Shown here one piece after another: positions 62,938 through 64,000 of a DNA stretch of 64,000 nucleotides (positions are counted from its first letter, which is position 1; every line of letters starts with the position of its first letter). The stretch lies in assembly GCA_030770535.1 (NCBI GenBank), contig JASVEC010000011.1:310001-374000 (forward strand), in the 5' to 3' direction. The notes under the pieces were generated by a model, which searched no databases, was not told the DNA's origin, and saw nothing but the letters and a program-made list of their open reading frames with translations. Made by a program: the position numbers and the translations under genes. Origin of the DNA: Batkoa obscura (taxonomy: Eukaryota).

Positions 62938-64000
62938 ATAATTTAATTATTGAGATATTATTTCTTTTAAATTTCTTAATAATTATAAATGCAAATAAAA
63001 TTTATTCCTTTTTTTAATAAAAAACTTTAGATTATTTTAATCTCACCTTATCAATCTTAGCTATTAAAAAATAACTAAAGTTAAATATTCTGATTTCATT
63101 TTACTTTATAAAAAAAGAAAAAGAAAACATTGAATATTTCATTCATAAATTCTTATTATGTTCGCTAAAATTATTTAAAAAAAGATAATTATCATATCCT
63201 CTTTTATTTTCTTATCAATTTTAATAAGGGTAATAAAAATAACCTTAATGTTTGAATTTAATTTAATTTTAAAATAAATTAAGCTTGAAAATAATGGCTC
63301 AAAATGTTTGAAAATAATAAAATTATTACTTTTTTTTACTAATAAAATACCGCTAACTTTTAATATCTTTTTATTATTTTTATTATTTTTATTTAACTTT
63401 CTTTTTTGAACATCACTGCTTGTAAGTTGAAATGCTTAATGAAATAATTGATATTTTTATTATGCTTTTTATTTTTAAACCTCACCACTTATCAAGTTGA
63501 AATATAAAAAAAAGAATAATAAAATTTACCACATAAATTAATAAATAAAATAAAGTGAATAAAAAGTAACTTAAATATATGCCCATAAAGTTTCATTGAT
63601 TTTTTGGGCAAAGAAATTAATTTTAATAAACTTAGATTTTCAATTGAACTGAAATTCAATTTATTAATTTACAGTAATAATTTTCAATAAAATTCTTTTT
63701 ATCTTGAGATTCAATCCAAAAATTAATAATAAAAATAAAATTGAAAATTTCCTTATAATAATTTAACATAATATTTTTTACTTTCATATTTCTGACTCAA
63801 TTAAAATCTTTCTTAAACTTATCTTCTTCCCATTGTTCTTAAATCAATTCAACATAATTAGCTAAAGAATACAATATAGTTAATATTTATCCTGTAATAA
63901 TAAAAATCAATTTTTTTTATTACCTGGAAATATACCAATTTTACTTTTTAATTTACCTGTCCACCAATCTTCATTACTATTAGTTTTTTTAATAACATCA

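Noticed and set aside
61430..64000. Very AT-rich gene-free tail as a possible centromere or origin; includes the 66-aa ORF at 61677
   Set aside because: Similar AT-rich gaps occur at 17.4-19.7 kb and 57.9-59.8 kb; no diagnostic repeat; the ORF has a TTG start and low-complexity composition.

Overview
Eukaryotic, very AT-rich, gene-dense DNA with many short (mostly ~40-60 nt) GT-AG introns. The gene set and style fit an early-diverging (non-Dikarya) fungus; a Zoopagomycota/Conidiobolus-like origin is my inference. I can support about 26 protein genes: NAD kinase (partial), a small CHCH-like protein, sideroflexin, AP-3 sigma, TCAIM-like, Spp2 G-patch, RPL22, CCT4, an SLC49-type MFS transporter, BRI3-like, PRXL2B-like redoxin, Mss4/Dss4, PMT2-family, TFB3/MAT1, COX subunit IV, WDR26/GID7, two tandem Tpr/Mlp nucleoporins, HSDL2-like SDR, PEX11, AIM19-like, an orphan gene, a RIB2-type deaminase, TVP38, ABCD4-like, a PPR protein and BEM1. 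There is also one tRNA-Cys(GCA) and several microsatellites. The most notable observations are: (1) a ~99-bp MITE family (up to 7 copies) with GGGGATG...CATCCCC ends and copy-specific 4-bp AWWT target duplications (Sola1-like); (2) a 104-codon Met-less open frame upstream of WDR26/GID7 that starts at a CTG in the local start context; (3) tandem Tpr/Mlp paralogs that differ by three clustered introns but keep short C-terminal motifs; (4) a ~280-aa charged insert in the PMT MIR domain; (5) two convergent genes whose stop codons are 1 bp apart. Gene models were assembled by eye and family names come from motif recognition, not database searches.
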